A DNA stretch of 64,000 bases from Vicugna vicugna (GCA_013265495.1 MU058463.1:3123523-3187522); one strand, 5' to 3'; counted from the first letter of the stretch, positions 24,306 through 38,994 are shown. Made by a program: numbers and translations. Notes: generated by a model from the letters alone, not told the origin.

Positions 24306-25239
24306 CATTGTCAGGATGCTTCAGCCTTTCAACTTGTCAGCCTGTTTTTTTTTTTTTTTCAGTCTCATCAAACTAAAGGGATTCCACTGGGGACAAATAT
24401 TTGAGGTCTATCTTTTATATGCTTGAGACTTAACTACACAAAGCGCAGGGATTTTACTAGTAGGTTTCTAATAATGTTTATAGAACTTTCTACTGTAGCT
24501 TCAAATTTTTTCTTTATTCTTATAAAGATATTACTAGATTCCCCAGTTCAATACATGTTGAAATGCTGGTGTGGCAGGTGAGAAAAAGCTAGTTTAAAGG
24601 CATAAAGCTGTAGGTTTCTTGCTGTGTATCTCAACTTCTCTCAGTTCCTCTCGGACCTCACTATTACATTTACATTTCATCTCCTAAATCTCTCTTTCTC
24701 CTAGATCATTCCCATAAACATCACATGTATCCTATTATCGTCTATTAAAAAAATAACAAAAAAGACAAACACCGTCTTTGATCCCACATGTCCCCCAAGC
24801 TCTGTTCCTCCCATTTCTCTGCTCTCCTTCTCAGCAAAATTTCTTTTAAGGATTCTATATAGTTTCTGTTTCAATTTCTTCATCTCCCAGTCTATGTACT
24901 TTCCAGCTGGTCTTTTGTCCCCACAGCTTTGTTCCTGTCAAGACCACCAAGGACCTACTAGCAAAGGATACTTCCCTGTCTTCATCTTGCTCAACCTACC
25001 TTATAGAAACACTTTCTTCTCTTGGCTTTTGTGATATAATGTTCTCGTGGTTTTTCTCTTATGATACCAGCTGCTCTGTCTTCGTCTTAATTTCTGACTT
25101 CTCCTTCTAACCTGCAGTGCCCAGGCCTTGATCCTTCTCTTGGGTTCTTATGTTCTCTTTCTTGGAAATCTCACTTCCTCACTTGGCTTTAAATACCATC
25201 AATAGGCTGATGGTCTCTACATTTACATCTCCCAGGTGA

Positions 25240-25510
25240 ACAGTTAGGGTTCTCTGACTTCAAGTAAGAGACACCAACCTTGGCTAATTTAGGATTAAAT
25301 AGTACTTATTAGAATATTATAGGAGATCAAAGAATAGATGGAAAGGCTTGAGAACCAGGCTTAGAAAAAGGCAGTTACTAAATAGTTCCAGGGGCAAAAA
25401 AAAGCAATAAAATTAAGAAAAGTTTGAGTTGTACTCAGGACTCTGCTCTTGGGATGAGGAAATTGTTGAAACAGTCAGTAGCTCAAGACCAGACGGAGTT
25501 TTAACTGACC
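25240..25510 (-). mobile_element. Old MLT1 LTR fragment nested in L2
   Basis: 'cagttagggttctctgacttcaagtaagagacaccaaccttggctaattta...gaatagatggaaaggcttgagaaccaggct'. Confidence 0.55.
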
Positions 25511-25535
25511 AGGTCTCAGGATAGGTGTACTCGGG

Positions 25536-25605
25536 GCTGTGCTGGAGCTGGTTCAGACCAGCTCCCATAAGCTGATTGTCAAATCATCAGAAATTTTCTG
25601 AGCTG
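25536..25605. mobile_element. MER63-like (hAT-Blackjack) terminal fragment
   Basis: 'gtgctggagctggttcagaccagctc...agctgattgtcaaat...agaaattttctgagctg' resembles the CpG-decayed MER63 end. Confidence 0.55.
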
Positions 25606-26984
25606 ATTTTTAATGTCTAGCAGGAATTTCAAGCTTAATAGTATGATAAATACGTCCTTTCTATTTCCTTTTTCCTTTCCCAGACTTCCCCATCATCAGT
25701 AAATGGAATGATTTGCTTAAACTAAAAACAAAAGAATCATTCTTTCTTTTTCTCCTTTCTCAGATTCCCAGACTCTTTGCATTCAACCAACTGGCGAGTT
25801 TTGTTGATCCAACCTAGAAGTTCACATGTAGAATTTCTCCACTTTACTCCATCTCTGCTGCCATCAACCAGAATCAAGTCACCAGCATTGCTACCTCAAC
25901 TGATTTCCAACTGGTTTCTAGCTTTAGTACTGGCTCTGCTGGCTGCAAGCCATTTGCCATACAATAGCTCAGAGTTTTAAAACCATAACCAGAGCATATC
26001 ATTTCTCTGAATAAAGTTATTCAAAGGCTTCCTCTTATATATACAATAAAATTCCTCAGTCATCCCAATCTTAGTTAATACCAACACCATCTTCCCATTG
26101 CTCGGGACAAATATATTGGTGCAAACATTTAACCTTCCTCTCTCTTTTTCACACCTCACATCCCCATCTGTCCTCCAGTGCCGTTGTATCTACTTTTAAA
26201 ATGATATCCAAAATCTGAAAACTTCTCACCATCTCCCACTACCACACTCTGGTTCCAAGCCACCATCATTTTCACCGGCCTGTTTGAGCAGTCTCTTAAG
26301 GTGCCTCCTTACCTCGACTCTTGCCCCACTCACCTTTTCCATTGTAATACAATGACCAGAGTGATCCTGTTAAAACCAAAGTTATAATATGTCCCTACTT
26401 TGCTCAGAACACTATACTGACTTCCCATTTACTCAGAGAATAAGTCATAGGTTGTCCAGGTACTTCTCTGCACCTGCTCCTACCCCTCTATGGCTCACTC
26501 TTTCCACTACAGCCACAATGGGCTGCCATGCTGTTACTGCAACACGTTAGGCATGCTCTCACCCCGGGTATTTGCTATTCTCTCTGTGTAGTGTATTTTC
26601 CCCAAACAGCCACAGGGCTCTTTCCTCATTTCCTTTAGGTCTAAACTAAGGAGCTTACTACGCTTCTCTGTGAGGTATTTTGTGGTGCATTTGAAATTAC
26701 ATTTTATATCACCTTTCTTGCTTTTTCCTCTGTCTTCAGTACTTCTCTCTCTAACATAATACACATTTTACTTATTTATCTTGTTCATTCTTTATTTTCT
26801 TACTATAATGAAAGCTTCATGAGAACAGATTTTTTACTTTCTTTCTTCTTTTTTTTTACTATGAAAATTCCAGTTTCTGTATCACTCTGTCAGTTTCTGA
26901 TACCCTCTGCTTATATCAGTGCCTGACACACAGAAGACCCTTAATAAATATTTGTAAATAAATTAATAAACCCTGAGAGCTTCC

Positions 26985-27985
26985 AGACAGGGGAAATACA
27001 TCATATATAAAGGATTAGGAACAGAAATAAACTTAGGGTTAATCAATGACAACATTGGAAATTGGAAGAAAATGATTCAATACCTTCAAAATTAAAGGCA
27101 GTTTTTTTCAAATCTGGAATTTTATACCCAACAAATTAAAAGTCAACTGTGTAGATAAAATAAAGCCATTTTTTAAAAAGATCCTTAATGTCTTAAAGAA
27201 TATGTTCATGAATCCTTTCTCTAGAAGATACAGGGCAGTGTCTGTCACTAAACAAGAGAGCACATTATGAAGCAGGAAGACATGGGATCCAAGAACATAG
27301 AGCTCCACGCATGAGAGGGGCAAAGGGCATCCCTAGGATGATGCCGAGCAGTGTCCTTACAGAGCAATGCATGGCGTACTGACAGAGCGTAAGTATGCCT
27401 ACAGAGTGGTACAGGAGAACGGAAAGCTCCAAGAAACAATGGAAGTGATAGGTGCTAATAGATGTGTTTGACTATATTAAGAAGAATTTTATAGCTCTGC
27501 GGGGGAATTTAGGGGATGATTAGTGAGAGGTACACAGAAAACCGAGCAAAGGAAAAGACTAGGCCACTATTGCTTCTATTAAAAATAGAGAAGACCAGAA
27601 GAGTATTCATATTCATATTGAATATTCTTACTCATACTCAATATTCATATTTTTATAATATAAACACTACTGTTTTAATAAAACCTGTTGATATAGATTG
27701 GATTGACTGAGGCAAGGTAAAGAGTTAAATTATCATCTTTCATGTCAAGGACAAGAGAGATAATGCCTAAAATTCAAAAATCAAGCAATGGCTCCATGAA
27801 CATTTAGAAATATTGAGCTAAATATTAGAAGAAGCAACTAAAGGAATTGAAAACGGCTGCTTCTCTTAGTGGATTATTGAGGTAGAGAGGGTCAGGGTAG
27901 GGGGAGCTGTTTTATTTACTATAAACCTTGAAGAATTACTTGAATTTTTAAACAATACATGTATTATTTTGATAAAAATAATTTA
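26985..27985 (+). mobile_element. HAL1-like (half-L1) element
   Basis: Degraded ORF1-like segment 'acattggaaattggaagaaaatg...accttcaaaatt...gaattttatacccaacaaa' (compare TLEARRQW...FKIL...RILYPAKL), followed by a HAL1-type 3' end 'ctataaacctt...tttttaaac...catgtattatttttgataaaaataa'. Confidence 0.55.
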
Positions 27986-28639
27986 GCACCTAAAAGGATA
28001 AATGGACATATATATCTGTATATCTGTATATATGTGCATACCTCTGTGTATACACAATAGCAGTTGAAAAACGTACACTCAAGATACATTACTACTTTAA
28101 TAAAAAATAATTTAACATAAAAAAGAATAAATGAGCGTGATTATATCTATACTATTAATAGAAGAATGTACACTCAAGTAGTTACAAAAGTACATTTGAT
28201 AGAAGAGATAGGTAGAATTCTGTCAAGTGATGTTGAGAACCAAGGCTGCGAATCAGCGAAAACTGAGCCAGTCTGAGTGCTATGCATTAGACTGGCAGTG
28301 TAGGTCTGTGTTCTGTAATTAGTGCATGAATTAGCAAAGAGAATTTTAAATAGGGCAGTGACAATTACTAAGAAATTCTCACTGATATTTCACTTTTGTG
28401 ACTAAAGTAGTACATTTACTTTTCTCAATCTTTCCATATAACCCAGAGTGTACATGATTAAAAGGAGAAAAATATATTTAAAATCACATGGTCACATAAG
28501 TTTCCCAGTTACATAAATTCCTTGATCTATTGCTTTGTTATATTTTTATATTTAGAAACAATTTTGTATGTAGTTTTTGATAAGAGATTTTTTTAAGCAT
28601 ATCAGGACTTATTTTCTACCTATTTTTATTATACTCTCT

Positions 28640-28780
28640 GAAACTATGGACAAGTTACTTAATTGAGCCCTAATTCCCAATATTAGAAAAATATATGAGA
28701 TGTATGTGAAATGCCCAGATCAGCCCTTGGGAAACAGTGAATACCTAATAAATAATTGTGATTAATATTCTTTATTATTA
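28640..28780 (+). mobile_element. MIR SINE fragment
   Basis: 'tggacaagttacttaattgagcc...gagatgtatgtgaaatgccc...aataaataattg'. Confidence 0.55.
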
Positions 28781-29399
28781 TTTTTATTTTCTATTTCTTG
28801 GTGGGACAACACAAAGTGTTCCAATGAAGAGAATGACTCCCTCTGGTACTGCACGTTAGATAACTTAGGATTTGCTTTTCAGATGTCCAGATAGCTCTTA
28901 GGTAAAAGCACTTGAACAATCAACAATCTAGTGCACTCTCTTCTTCAAAAATTAAGACCATTAGTAGATTCTTAAGGAAATTCTCTATGCTGTGAGATCA
29001 TAGAGGGAGATGTTTCCAAAAGACTTTTTTTTTTTGTCATTTCACCATGGTATAAGCATTGTCCAAGTGAAGAGTCAAACCACAGTCATCACCCAGCTGA
29101 CAGACGAGGCAGACAAACTGTAGCTATAATTGCTGCAAGAGTAACTCAATTCTATCTGGATTTATGTCCCTGGTGAATCACACCCTATCCATAGCCATAG
29201 AGTCACTTACTTGTGAGTGCAGGGGTAAAAAATAAAGGAAGAAAGTAAAAGTTAGAAAGGGAAGTAGAGATGTATGTTTTCCAAATAGCCACCAAGTCCC
29301 TACAGTTCTTAAAATTCTGCTCACAACCCTAACAGCTTCAGATTTATATGTGCTTTTCATAAAGATAAATCTATTCAATTTGACATAAAGTAGGATTCA

Positions 29400-31600
29400 T
29401 TCAGAAATTATGTGCTTCTGTCTTTTTTATAAAAGTGATTTGCACTGATTTCCCAAAGATTATTTGCAATTTATAAAGTGCTTCATAATTTAATGTGTCT
29501 AGTGCTGTAATTATGACAAGGTTGAAAAATACGCTAGTGCATATAGGTATGCATCAAAAGTTAGAGTGTTTCATGAAAAATAACTAAACAAACTAGCCTT
29601 TCCATATGAGCTAAAATCTTTCTCAAGCTTACTCTTACTTTGTGAATGTTTTTCACACAAAGCAGTTGACGTTTTTTCTCTTTGCTGGCAACTAGCTTTC
29701 AACTCTTATTTCTGGGCTCAGCTGCGTCTGCTGCATTCTACAGTATTTCAGAAAACTCCATTCATCTCCTTAGTCATCTAAGAAGCTACAAACCCATCTG
29801 CACTTATTTTATTGTTGTTATTATATATTACAAAACTCCTCAGAGATTTGACTGTTAAAAGTTTCAGTTTCCCCCCACCCCCCTAACTTTATTTCTCTAA
29901 GCACATCATCTGTAATGCATTCTAAGTTTGCCTCTTTTTCGTACCATTCTTTTTTGGAATTTAGAGATCCCATATCTTTTGCAACGCCAGGTTACTCCTA
30001 TTATTAACAAGTTTGGTTTGGTGTTATACACTAGTATTTAATGTCTATTTTTTTCCTTGTAAGTGGCTTCAAAGATAGTATATTTGTCTTCCGAAAAAGA
30101 ACAAACTCAATTCTCTAATGTAGTTACTACGCCAGCTCAACATATCCTGAGGCTGCTCTGGCAAAGGGCTGTAAAAGATTGGTATTGATACTCTGTGGCA
30201 TTCAAATTGTCAAGCTCCCAACAGGAGGAAGAGCATTTAGAAAATCTGGCCATGTGGCAGCTAATTACAGCATTATAAACTAAATTTACAACAGGTGACT
30301 TGTAGGCTATGCATTGACAACAAGCACCCAAGCTTTTCTTTGATTATCTTCCCATAAATTGAGAGGTAAAAGTAGCATTCTTTATGGGGCACATCAATAC
30401 CGATATCCTACCCCTGCAGCACCAGTCCCAGACAATTTCCATCATCTCACATATGAATTCTTGGGGCGTGTTTATTTTCCTTACTTTCTTGCAACTCATA
30501 TTTAGTATAGTTCCTAGGTTCTATGATTTTTGAGGCTCTAGTTCAAGTCATGAGAATACAACCAAGGGCGATGACACACACTGACACAGCACTGAAGGAC
30601 TCTGGGAGCATCCTTCAGTGGAACTTTCTATATTCTAAGTGTGGAGAATGGAACCAGACTTTAAATCTGAAGTCAGCCTTGAATATTCTTGTCCTTTAAA
30701 ACTTATCAAGCGTCTAAGGAAACGTGTGGTTTATATTCAGGCTTGATCCATGTGTCATTGACGGCAAGGCTCCAATGTGCTATGGAAATTTCCTGGTGCA
30801 TATTATAAGCTGTTGTTTGCCATCTTGGCTTGATAATCCTGCCTCATTTATTGGAGAGCCATTTCAGCTGTATTGTCAACAGCAGAGGAGGATCAGGTCA
30901 CCTCTGCCTAGAATGTTATGTAAAAGCTGCCCAGTGTTCAGGATTCGAGGCACATTAAATGTTGTGTGAGATTTCAGGCATGTCTGTATTAGTGAAAAAG
31001 ATTTAATGTCAAGTTTGTCATCCTGCCTTAGATTCCTTCACTCTCCTGCTAAGATCTTGTAAAAGTATGACCAAAATTTTATTAGAGTCAGTTTTTTGTA
31101 TAACAGGAACAGTTGGCAGGTTTATCTGGTTACTCTTATAAATGTTGTAACAAGCACATTTTAAAATAAAAAATGGCCTAGTTTTTCTTATTAGCTTTCA
31201 GAATTAAATATGCAAGCCCTTTATTTCCCAGCCATCCAATCCCAGTATATCAACACAGACTTTTCACATTGGGAGGACCAGCTTATGAAAATTCGCAATA
31301 AATTTAATACGGAATTTTTACTATGGTTTCAATTATAAAAAGCACAGCTCCCTAGCAAGACTACAACAGTTTGTTTTGAAGTGTATGTACTTTTAAGTTG
31401 TGAACATTTTATTATACTATAGAAAGACAATTGATTCTTCTTATTGTACATTTTGAATGCAGTAGGCATTAGCAGATGAACGGATATTGGCAGCTTCTGA
31501 CCATTTCAAACTAACAAATTGTATTTTTGAAAACTATTTCAAGGTTAGCATGTCTCATTGGTGACTAATATTGATTTATTGCTGTAGCAAGTTTTCTGTA
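29400..31600. promoter_or_regulatory. Putative conserved non-coding element cluster
   Basis: No recognisable repeats. Dense homeobox/MEIS-like words ('gctaattacag', 'ttgacaac', 'tgtcattgac', 'gtaattatgaca'). Conservation is not tested. Confidence 0.3.
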
Positions 31601-31956
31601 CGTTTTGGCTCAGATCTAGAACTTTTATCATCTTTTCAAAAAGAAATCAGCTAGGTGGTAGATTCATTAATTGAGAGGTCTTCAGGATGAATTCTGCCCC
31701 TCCCTTTGCAAGATGCCACTGCATCCCTTCTGCCTGGGGTCCAGCTCTGCAACCCTTTCCTGAGCCTCTCATTTCCCTACTCCTACCATTATCTACATCC
31801 AAGTCATTTTTTGCATTTAGGGCACTGAACACCTAAGGATGTTATAGGAAATTTCCAAGGTTTAATTCTGATTAGAGGTCAGCTCCTTCACAGAAATCCT
31901 ACATACTTGCGTTGTTCAGTCCAAGTTTTAATTTACAGAACAACACAGAGGGGAAA

Positions 31957-32033
31957 ATATATATATATATATGCACACACATACACACACACATATATAT
32001 ATATACATACAGATATGTATCATATATATATAT
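31957..32033. repeat. Compound (AT)n/(AC)n microsatellite
   Basis: Directly visible alternating purine-pyrimidine tract. Confidence 0.9.
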
Positions 32034-34254
32034 GAATGATTCAAGTTCTATTTCCTTGCTTACATCTTAGGTTTTTAACTTCAAAGTTTATTAGTCATCT
32101 CAGTCATCAGCCCTATTTTCAAAGCTCAGGCAGGAACCTTCCTCATGCTCAAATGAAAATACATTTAGAAGACCTGCCGCACATTTTAAATGCTCATAGA
32201 TATATTTCAAATATTCAAAAAGATCAACTGTTAAAAACAAAAATATCAACAGTCAAGTTTTTCCAAATATGGAAATATTTTAAAATACAATTAATTTAGC
32301 TTTTTTTCTAACATTGAATCTTCACTTTAGAGGGAACTTTGCAAGGCATCTGGGATGCATTTCTACAGAGGGGAGCAGAACCCTGAGGGGCTGGCGGCTT
32401 GGCTACTGCAGAAGAGGAGAAGAAGAAAGGATGCTGGAGCACCTGTCATGTCTCAGGCATCGCTGTTCAGAATAGTGGCCAAGACTGAGGCAATTAGAGG
32501 ACCGGGCACAGGAAGAAGTGGCGGGATCATAGTGTGGCCGTGTCATTTATCATTCAATCACATTTTCTCCCTTTTCCACTTAGTCCTTATTATATAAGGA
32601 TATATATTCCTTAACAGGTTAATTTACTGATTTTAATACACTAAAGGAGGAACTTTATTTGGCCTTTCACACATTATTTTAAACCTACAAGATCACCCTT
32701 TATTATTCAATCAGCATCTCGATATTCTGTAGAGAGCAGTTGTCTGGAAAGGAGGAGAACTCTGTCTTGTTCCTGTTCTCCTGGGTCTGAGTTAGCTGAG
32801 ACCTGAGCTCGCCAGCCCTCTTCTGCCTCCCGTAGAGAATGGAGATGTAGACCCAAGACCAGGAGGTCCTGTCCTGCACCAGTGACCCATGCTTTGTAGC
32901 ATTAGGAAAACACTATAATTGACAATAATTTAAATACTTTTTAACATTATCTTAAAATTCAAATCTGCTATCTTTTTAAAGATTATACCTATCCCAAATC
33001 ATTGAAATTTTACCCTAATTCTTTTTTAAAAATTCAGTAAACATATACTGATGTCTAATCAGTTAAAGAGACATTGCTCCACCCCTACCAGCGTAAGTCC
33101 ATACCCAGCATAGAATGCAGGTGTCCTTAGCTCCCGCATTGCCTAGACTAGGACATTTTATAGCCCTTATTTGGGAAAATGGGTGATTATTTAGGGAGTG
33201 AGACAATCTTCAGTTCCTCTTCCCCTGGATCCACAGGACATAGATGAAGAAAAAAGTTCAATGGGAATCTTGGTAATGAGCATTAGCGACCCCAGAGTGA
33301 CGATGGTAAGTGGCTTATGAACAACGGAGACAGGTTAGTTCATCTTGTACAGTTAATGTTGATCAGGACTCATGACTGAATGGTTTTTGATTTCCACTCA
33401 GTGTCTTCTGTTTCTCCTGGATTGATGTTAGGTACGATCATACAAATAAGATTGGACTCCCGTAGGCAAGAGGCTTTGGGACTCTTGCTGGCTTGAGAGG
33501 TGTGTGAGGCTTCTAAGAGTGTCTTTTGTAGTCATTTCTCCATTGCCAGCCCGGGTTCTCCCGGGAGCTCTGAGGGTCACCCGCCCCCTGGACAGACAGT
33601 GGTAACCTTGCAAGGTCAGCCTTGTGAAATTTGAAGGGAATGGTTTTCCTGGCAGTGCTGACGGTTCCGTGTAGCCATAAAAGGGTCAAGATCAGAAGAG
33701 ATTCTCTATATCTGAGCTCACTTAATTGCCCAGCAAGAGAGAAATCAGAGCATTCACAGCAGCAAAGAAATGCCTGCTTGATTTCAGCACAGGGAGAGAC
33801 AATTTTGTAGGTGGATTTTTTTCATGTGTCTTAGTGAACCTTTGTATTTCATTTTCTCCTCTGGGCTTCCATTTTTCTTCTCTCAGGTTCACAGTTTCTC
33901 TTTTTCTATTCAACCTATTTTCCGGAATTTCCCCATAAGGCAATGCCAGAAAACAATTGGGCATCGCCACCTCCTTCCCCACAAGAGTTAAAAGAGATGG
34001 AAGGAATAAATATGCCCTGAGAAGGAGAAAGCAAGTCTTTCTCCAGCTTGCAAACTCCGTCTCATTCTTTATTTTTTGTATTAAATATTATAAGGCATTC
34101 AGAAGTTAAATTTTGGTATTTTATATGTCATATACAGAAATAAAGGTCACAGGAAATTTGACATTTTGCTGATCAGCTGCTCCCATGGAAATCTTTGCAC
34201 CAGAACCATTGGAAAGGCCCCTTCTCTATGCTCACCTGAAGTCAGCTACTACTA

Positions 34255-34475
34255 CCATTACTGATGATAACTGCTGGCATTTATATAGTGCCATATGCAA
34301 GGAGCTGTTTTAACCTACAATCTCTCACAATACTATGGGGTAGGTATTGTATTTATTCCCATTCTACTGATAAGAAAACTGAAGCACAGAGAGGTTAAAT
34401 AACTCGTCCAAATGCAGATGCACTAGCAGAGCCAGTATATGACAAAAACAGTATCTCACTCTTAAGCATTGTGCA
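34255..34475 (-). mobile_element. MIR SINE
   Basis: 'cccattctactgataagaaaactgaagcacagagaggttaaataactcgtccaa' is the reverse MIR core. Confidence 0.85.
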
Positions 34476-36394
34476 AAGATTTCACCCACATGTCCTCATT
34501 TTTCAAAAATCTGAAATCTTTCAATCTAGTAGCCCTTGAATTGAACATCTGAGAGCAAAAAAAAAAAAAACTAAAGAAGTGATTTTCTGAACTTTATCAT
34601 TAAAATGAAGCTGATAATATTTTTCATAGGTTGCTAAATATAAGGTAGTAGACACTCCCACTTGTTTGAAACACTCCTGATTTATACCTACTATTTAAAA
34701 CCCCTTTCTGGCTCAAAAGTATGCTGAGTCCTACCATAAGTTATATGTATGGCTACCCTAAATTGAAACAGAGATTGCATTTGGAAGAACAAAAAGTAAA
34801 TTGCTACTTTGATCATTAGACTTTTATTTTTCTGGAAATGGAATCTTTCTCTCCTTTGCCACATTTCTAATTCTGAGTCCTGGTTTGGAGCCAGACAAAC
34901 TTCTCTTATGTGGAATGGGTGTATTCTTAAAAGAATGTTGGAGTGAGGGGGTGACTGCCATGGTCTCTTTGGGGAGATGGTTGTTTTGTTGGTGCTGGTT
35001 TTGATGTAAGGAGGCTTACTAAAAGAGTTGAAGCATTTTTTGTTTGTTGTGTCTTCTTTCTTAAGGAAGGATGGGTTGTTGACTGAGGTGAAGGAAGTGC
35101 CTTTATGGCAAAGAATAGAGAGATTGCTTCAGCATGAATAAGGGAACCAAAGCAATAAAAGCAGGTATGATACTTGAAATGTGTGAGAGAGTGGGGAAAA
35201 GAAATCTGAGACCTCATGTAATGATCTGGCTTCAACATGAAGGACAGGAAGTTCAGGAGGAATTTTGAAGGCAGAGGAAGGTTGATGTGGAAGGGCCTGG
35301 TGGTCAGAAATGGGGACCTCTTGTGAATGTATGTGTTGCTTTACCACAATTAACTAAATTGTGTTAACAGTCTTTGAATGCATTACTAAAACAAAACTTG
35401 GATTAAAAATTAAGCAGCAGAATTTAAGGAAAAATGGATATTGATGGTATTCTCAAAAAATAATAAATAATATGGGCAAGGCAGTGGAGGTCACTGACTA
35501 TGCTTCTGGGTGAGAATTTTAGATGTTATTAAACTCAACGTGGAGTGATGGTATCTCCGGAGTGATGAACTAATGGATTTGTATTATTTTCTCACTTGTA
35601 GATTTTCTGTCTTTCCTGATTAAAACACTAATTTATATTTGAGTAAAAGACTCCTAAGAGCTTAGATAAGTATTAAAAAAAGTTCATTGAATATTTCAAG
35701 AAGAAGGAGCTTCCACCTCCTTCCGCAGTCTTTGTTGAGCAACACCCTCCATTCCTCCTACCCGACCCTACCCCTTCTCAGGCAAATCAGACTGAAGACC
35801 ACTATTTTAGCCTGGTTTCCCTAGATAACAGAGACTAAGGCTGGGTTAAATTGCCAATCCTTTATAGGGAAGTGAAATCCCGAGACTGCAAGAGTGAGAG
35901 AAAAGGGAAAAGTCACAGAAGGACAGAAAGCAAATACAAGGTGAAATGTTACTGTGCCAATGGCCGCGGCTTCAGGGTGTTTCTGGGGGGAGGTATGAAA
36001 AGCCATGACTCAGACCAGTTCATTTGTGGCAACTCATCTACTGCATTATCTGGGTCCTGTCTCCCATTGGTCTGTTTGCCTCGTGAAGTGTCAACTTCCC
36101 CATGTTCTGGGATTGTTTTACTCGGCCCCTTTGGAAGTCACTGGCTGGGTGCTTCATCTGGTCCAGAACTGCTTGGAGATGCCAAAGGCTCTGGGCATGT
36201 AGCTGAATGGCTTTAGGCACCAGCTTCTGAGAACCCACAGGGAGTCTGTGGCCTTGTTGTAAACTGAGGTGGGCAACTGTCCAAAGTCTATGTGACAGAG
36301 GAGGTTGAGAGAGTCTGAGGAAACATTTAAGGTATGTCGGATGCAGCTCATACCCCTACCCTCCCAGTGTAGACACCACCACAGTACTGAGAGT

Positions 36395-36520
36395 GTTTTC
36401 TGCCTCTTACAGATCTATGAGCTTGTGAGAGCAAGCATCTTGGCTTTTTGTACTTGCAGACCTTAGTACCACATCTTATGTGTAAAAATAGTTAATGAAT
36501 TTTTGTAGAATAAACAGATG
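36395..36520 (+). mobile_element. L2 3' end fragment
   Basis: 'ctatgagcttgtgagagcaagcatcttg...aatgaatttttgtagaataaa'. Confidence 0.5.
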
Positions 36521-38994
36521 ACATTACCTATCATCCCTCTCAAAAGTCAAAATACCAAACCTCCAAATAAGGTGTCTAAATTCTTATGACATTTTATTCA
36601 CCATATACCCAGACATCAGAGATTCACAGCTGAAACAGTAGTCACTGGATGTCCAAAAAAAGTATCTGCTTTTTGTCAATGTCATTACACTGAAGTTTAG
36701 GAATAAAGACCAACAGTTATTTTTTCAATAAATTCATTGCTTGTAACTAATTTTCACACTGTTCCTTACACTTAAAAAATAAACATTTAAAAAATAAATA
36801 GACCAAGGTTAAATAGTTTGCCTGGCAGTACAAAGGTAGAGACAGAGGAAGTTTCATGAAGTGCTTATTTTTCAGTATCTTTTCTACAGAAGCACAGGCT
36901 GACTGGCAGATAAAGATGTGCCCAACATGTTATCTCACCTCTGTTCCCTAACACCCCTGTATAAATCCCTAATGCACTGTATTAAAACAATGATGGGAAA
37001 TCATCCATTTAGAAAATGGTAGTGGCGAGGCTGGAGAGAACTAGGGGATGGGACCAGTTTAAAGGGAAACTACCTTAGGGAGATAAATGAAGAAATAAAG
37101 TAAGAATGTACAGATAGAAATATTGCTTCCAGCCATACCCACCACATAGTGTGTCTCAACATAGAGACCCACAGTTTCGTCTTTGCAGTTTTTCTACATA
37201 AATGCAGAGATTAAAATTAGTTTTTATGTTTTTGAGGGAACAGATGCTCACACAGGGTAAAACAATTGGCGTGTTCAAGAAGACGGAATCCGAGAGTAGA
37301 ATTGGAAAGAAAACGCTTGTGGGTCTGAAATGATTCTACGACTAACAGATAGTCATTTCAGAAATGTACACATTCAAAAACATGGAAAATTTGGTGATAT
37401 TAAGTTAGAAAGAGTAAAATACAGGCAAATCTTTCTGTTTACTACTGGGAAATATATTTACATGCTGTTGCTGGTCAGCAGATATTCTGTGCAGATGAGG
37501 GTTTTAAGGGAAAAGAGGTTAGGTTTTCAGGAATTCAGTTATAATTTATATAGATGTTTGTCTTTGGTGTGTATGTAAGAATATGCATTCTTTTTCTGTT
37601 CTGAACAAAATGTCTTTTTCTAGCAATGATAAAGCACATGGTGCATTGAGGACCAGAAATGTGCACACCGAGTTCATTATTAACTTGCACAGACCAAATT
37701 CTTTCTTCAATGCGCATTAATCCCCATGTTATCAGGCATAAACACTGAAGTGTTTAGGGTCTCTGTTCATTTGTTTTCTTTCTTGTGTAGTCAAAAGAAA
37801 AATAAATCCACCTTAGTATATGAAAGACCAGGAGGTAAAAACAAAAATAATTCAAATTCAAATCTTGTCCAAATTAACTTAAAGACAATTAATCATAGAA
37901 GATTCAGATAGAATACCTACTTGCAAGTCAATGAATTTCAAATTTGGGCAAAGTTGTTTTGAGTTTTAGACTATTAGCATGTAGTCACAGTGACACTTTG
38001 TGTTCAGTGTTAGGGAATGCAGCCTAGGAAAGTAACAGATGAAAGGATACAAAAGGCATTGGACTGGGAATATTGCTACAAAGTCCATCTTGGGAAGAAC
38101 CAAGGCGAAAATGAGAAACAGAACAAATCAAAACGAAACACGTAAGCTCAGCTTTACTAGGACAACATGAATATGGTATATGAGTAGGACATGGAGAGGG
38201 TGTCTCCAAATTCACTGACACTCTGAATTGTCTACTAGAGCATGCTCTCTCCCCTTTTTAAGTTTGCTAACCTACAAATCTTTGTATCGAAAGTATCTGA
38301 TCTACATCATTTATTTCAAGATGTTGTTGAAGCTTATTTCAATTGTTTGTTAAAATCCTGATGGCTAGTGGGGCTTATGTTCTGAAGTAAAGTCAGACAG
38401 AAACCTATTTCTATTCAAAATTGATATTTTTGTTGAAATGATATAATTCTACTTATATAGGATAAAGTAAATCGTTATACATTTCAATGACTACAAGCAA
38501 AAGAGACAACATTACACAACATTTGATTAAGGATATTTTGAACTTTTTTAATGTAAAAAGAATACTGTATTCTAATATTACAGCTATCTTTATAAGGCTT
38601 GTGTAATATAAATTTAGAGAAAAAAAATCATTTTTAAACCAAGGAGTAAAAATTGAATTTATTAGAATATTTATATTATAATAAAGAAGTTTGAAAAGAA
38701 ATTTCAAAATCTTCCCACAATTAAATAAGTCATAGGACTAGATTTTAATGCAAAGCATTAATCAACATAGCTAGACAACAAATATTATACTAATCTGTGT
38801 TGAGAAAGAAACATACATATTACATGAGCTAAAAGGCCAAAAGCCAAAGGACAGTTAGGATATCTAAAGCATCACTCCCAGGTGCCTGGTACAATCTTGT
38901 CTAAGTACAATTTGAAAATAGTTGGAAAATAAGAACTATCTAAAGGGCTAACTAGAGATATTTGATAAATCTTGATAGAAACTTCTAACAACTC

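Larger units (their letters stand above)
24640..26970 (+). mobile_element. Composite L2 LINE tract (at least two pieces) with nested insertions
   Basis: Internal L2 signatures 'ccatttctctgctctccttctcagcaaaa', 'ttttcttctcttggctt', 'ggctttaaataccatc', 'ccatctcccactaccacactctggttccaagccaccatc', and the 3' end 'cagtgcctgacacacagaagacccttaataaatatttg'. Confidence 0.75.
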
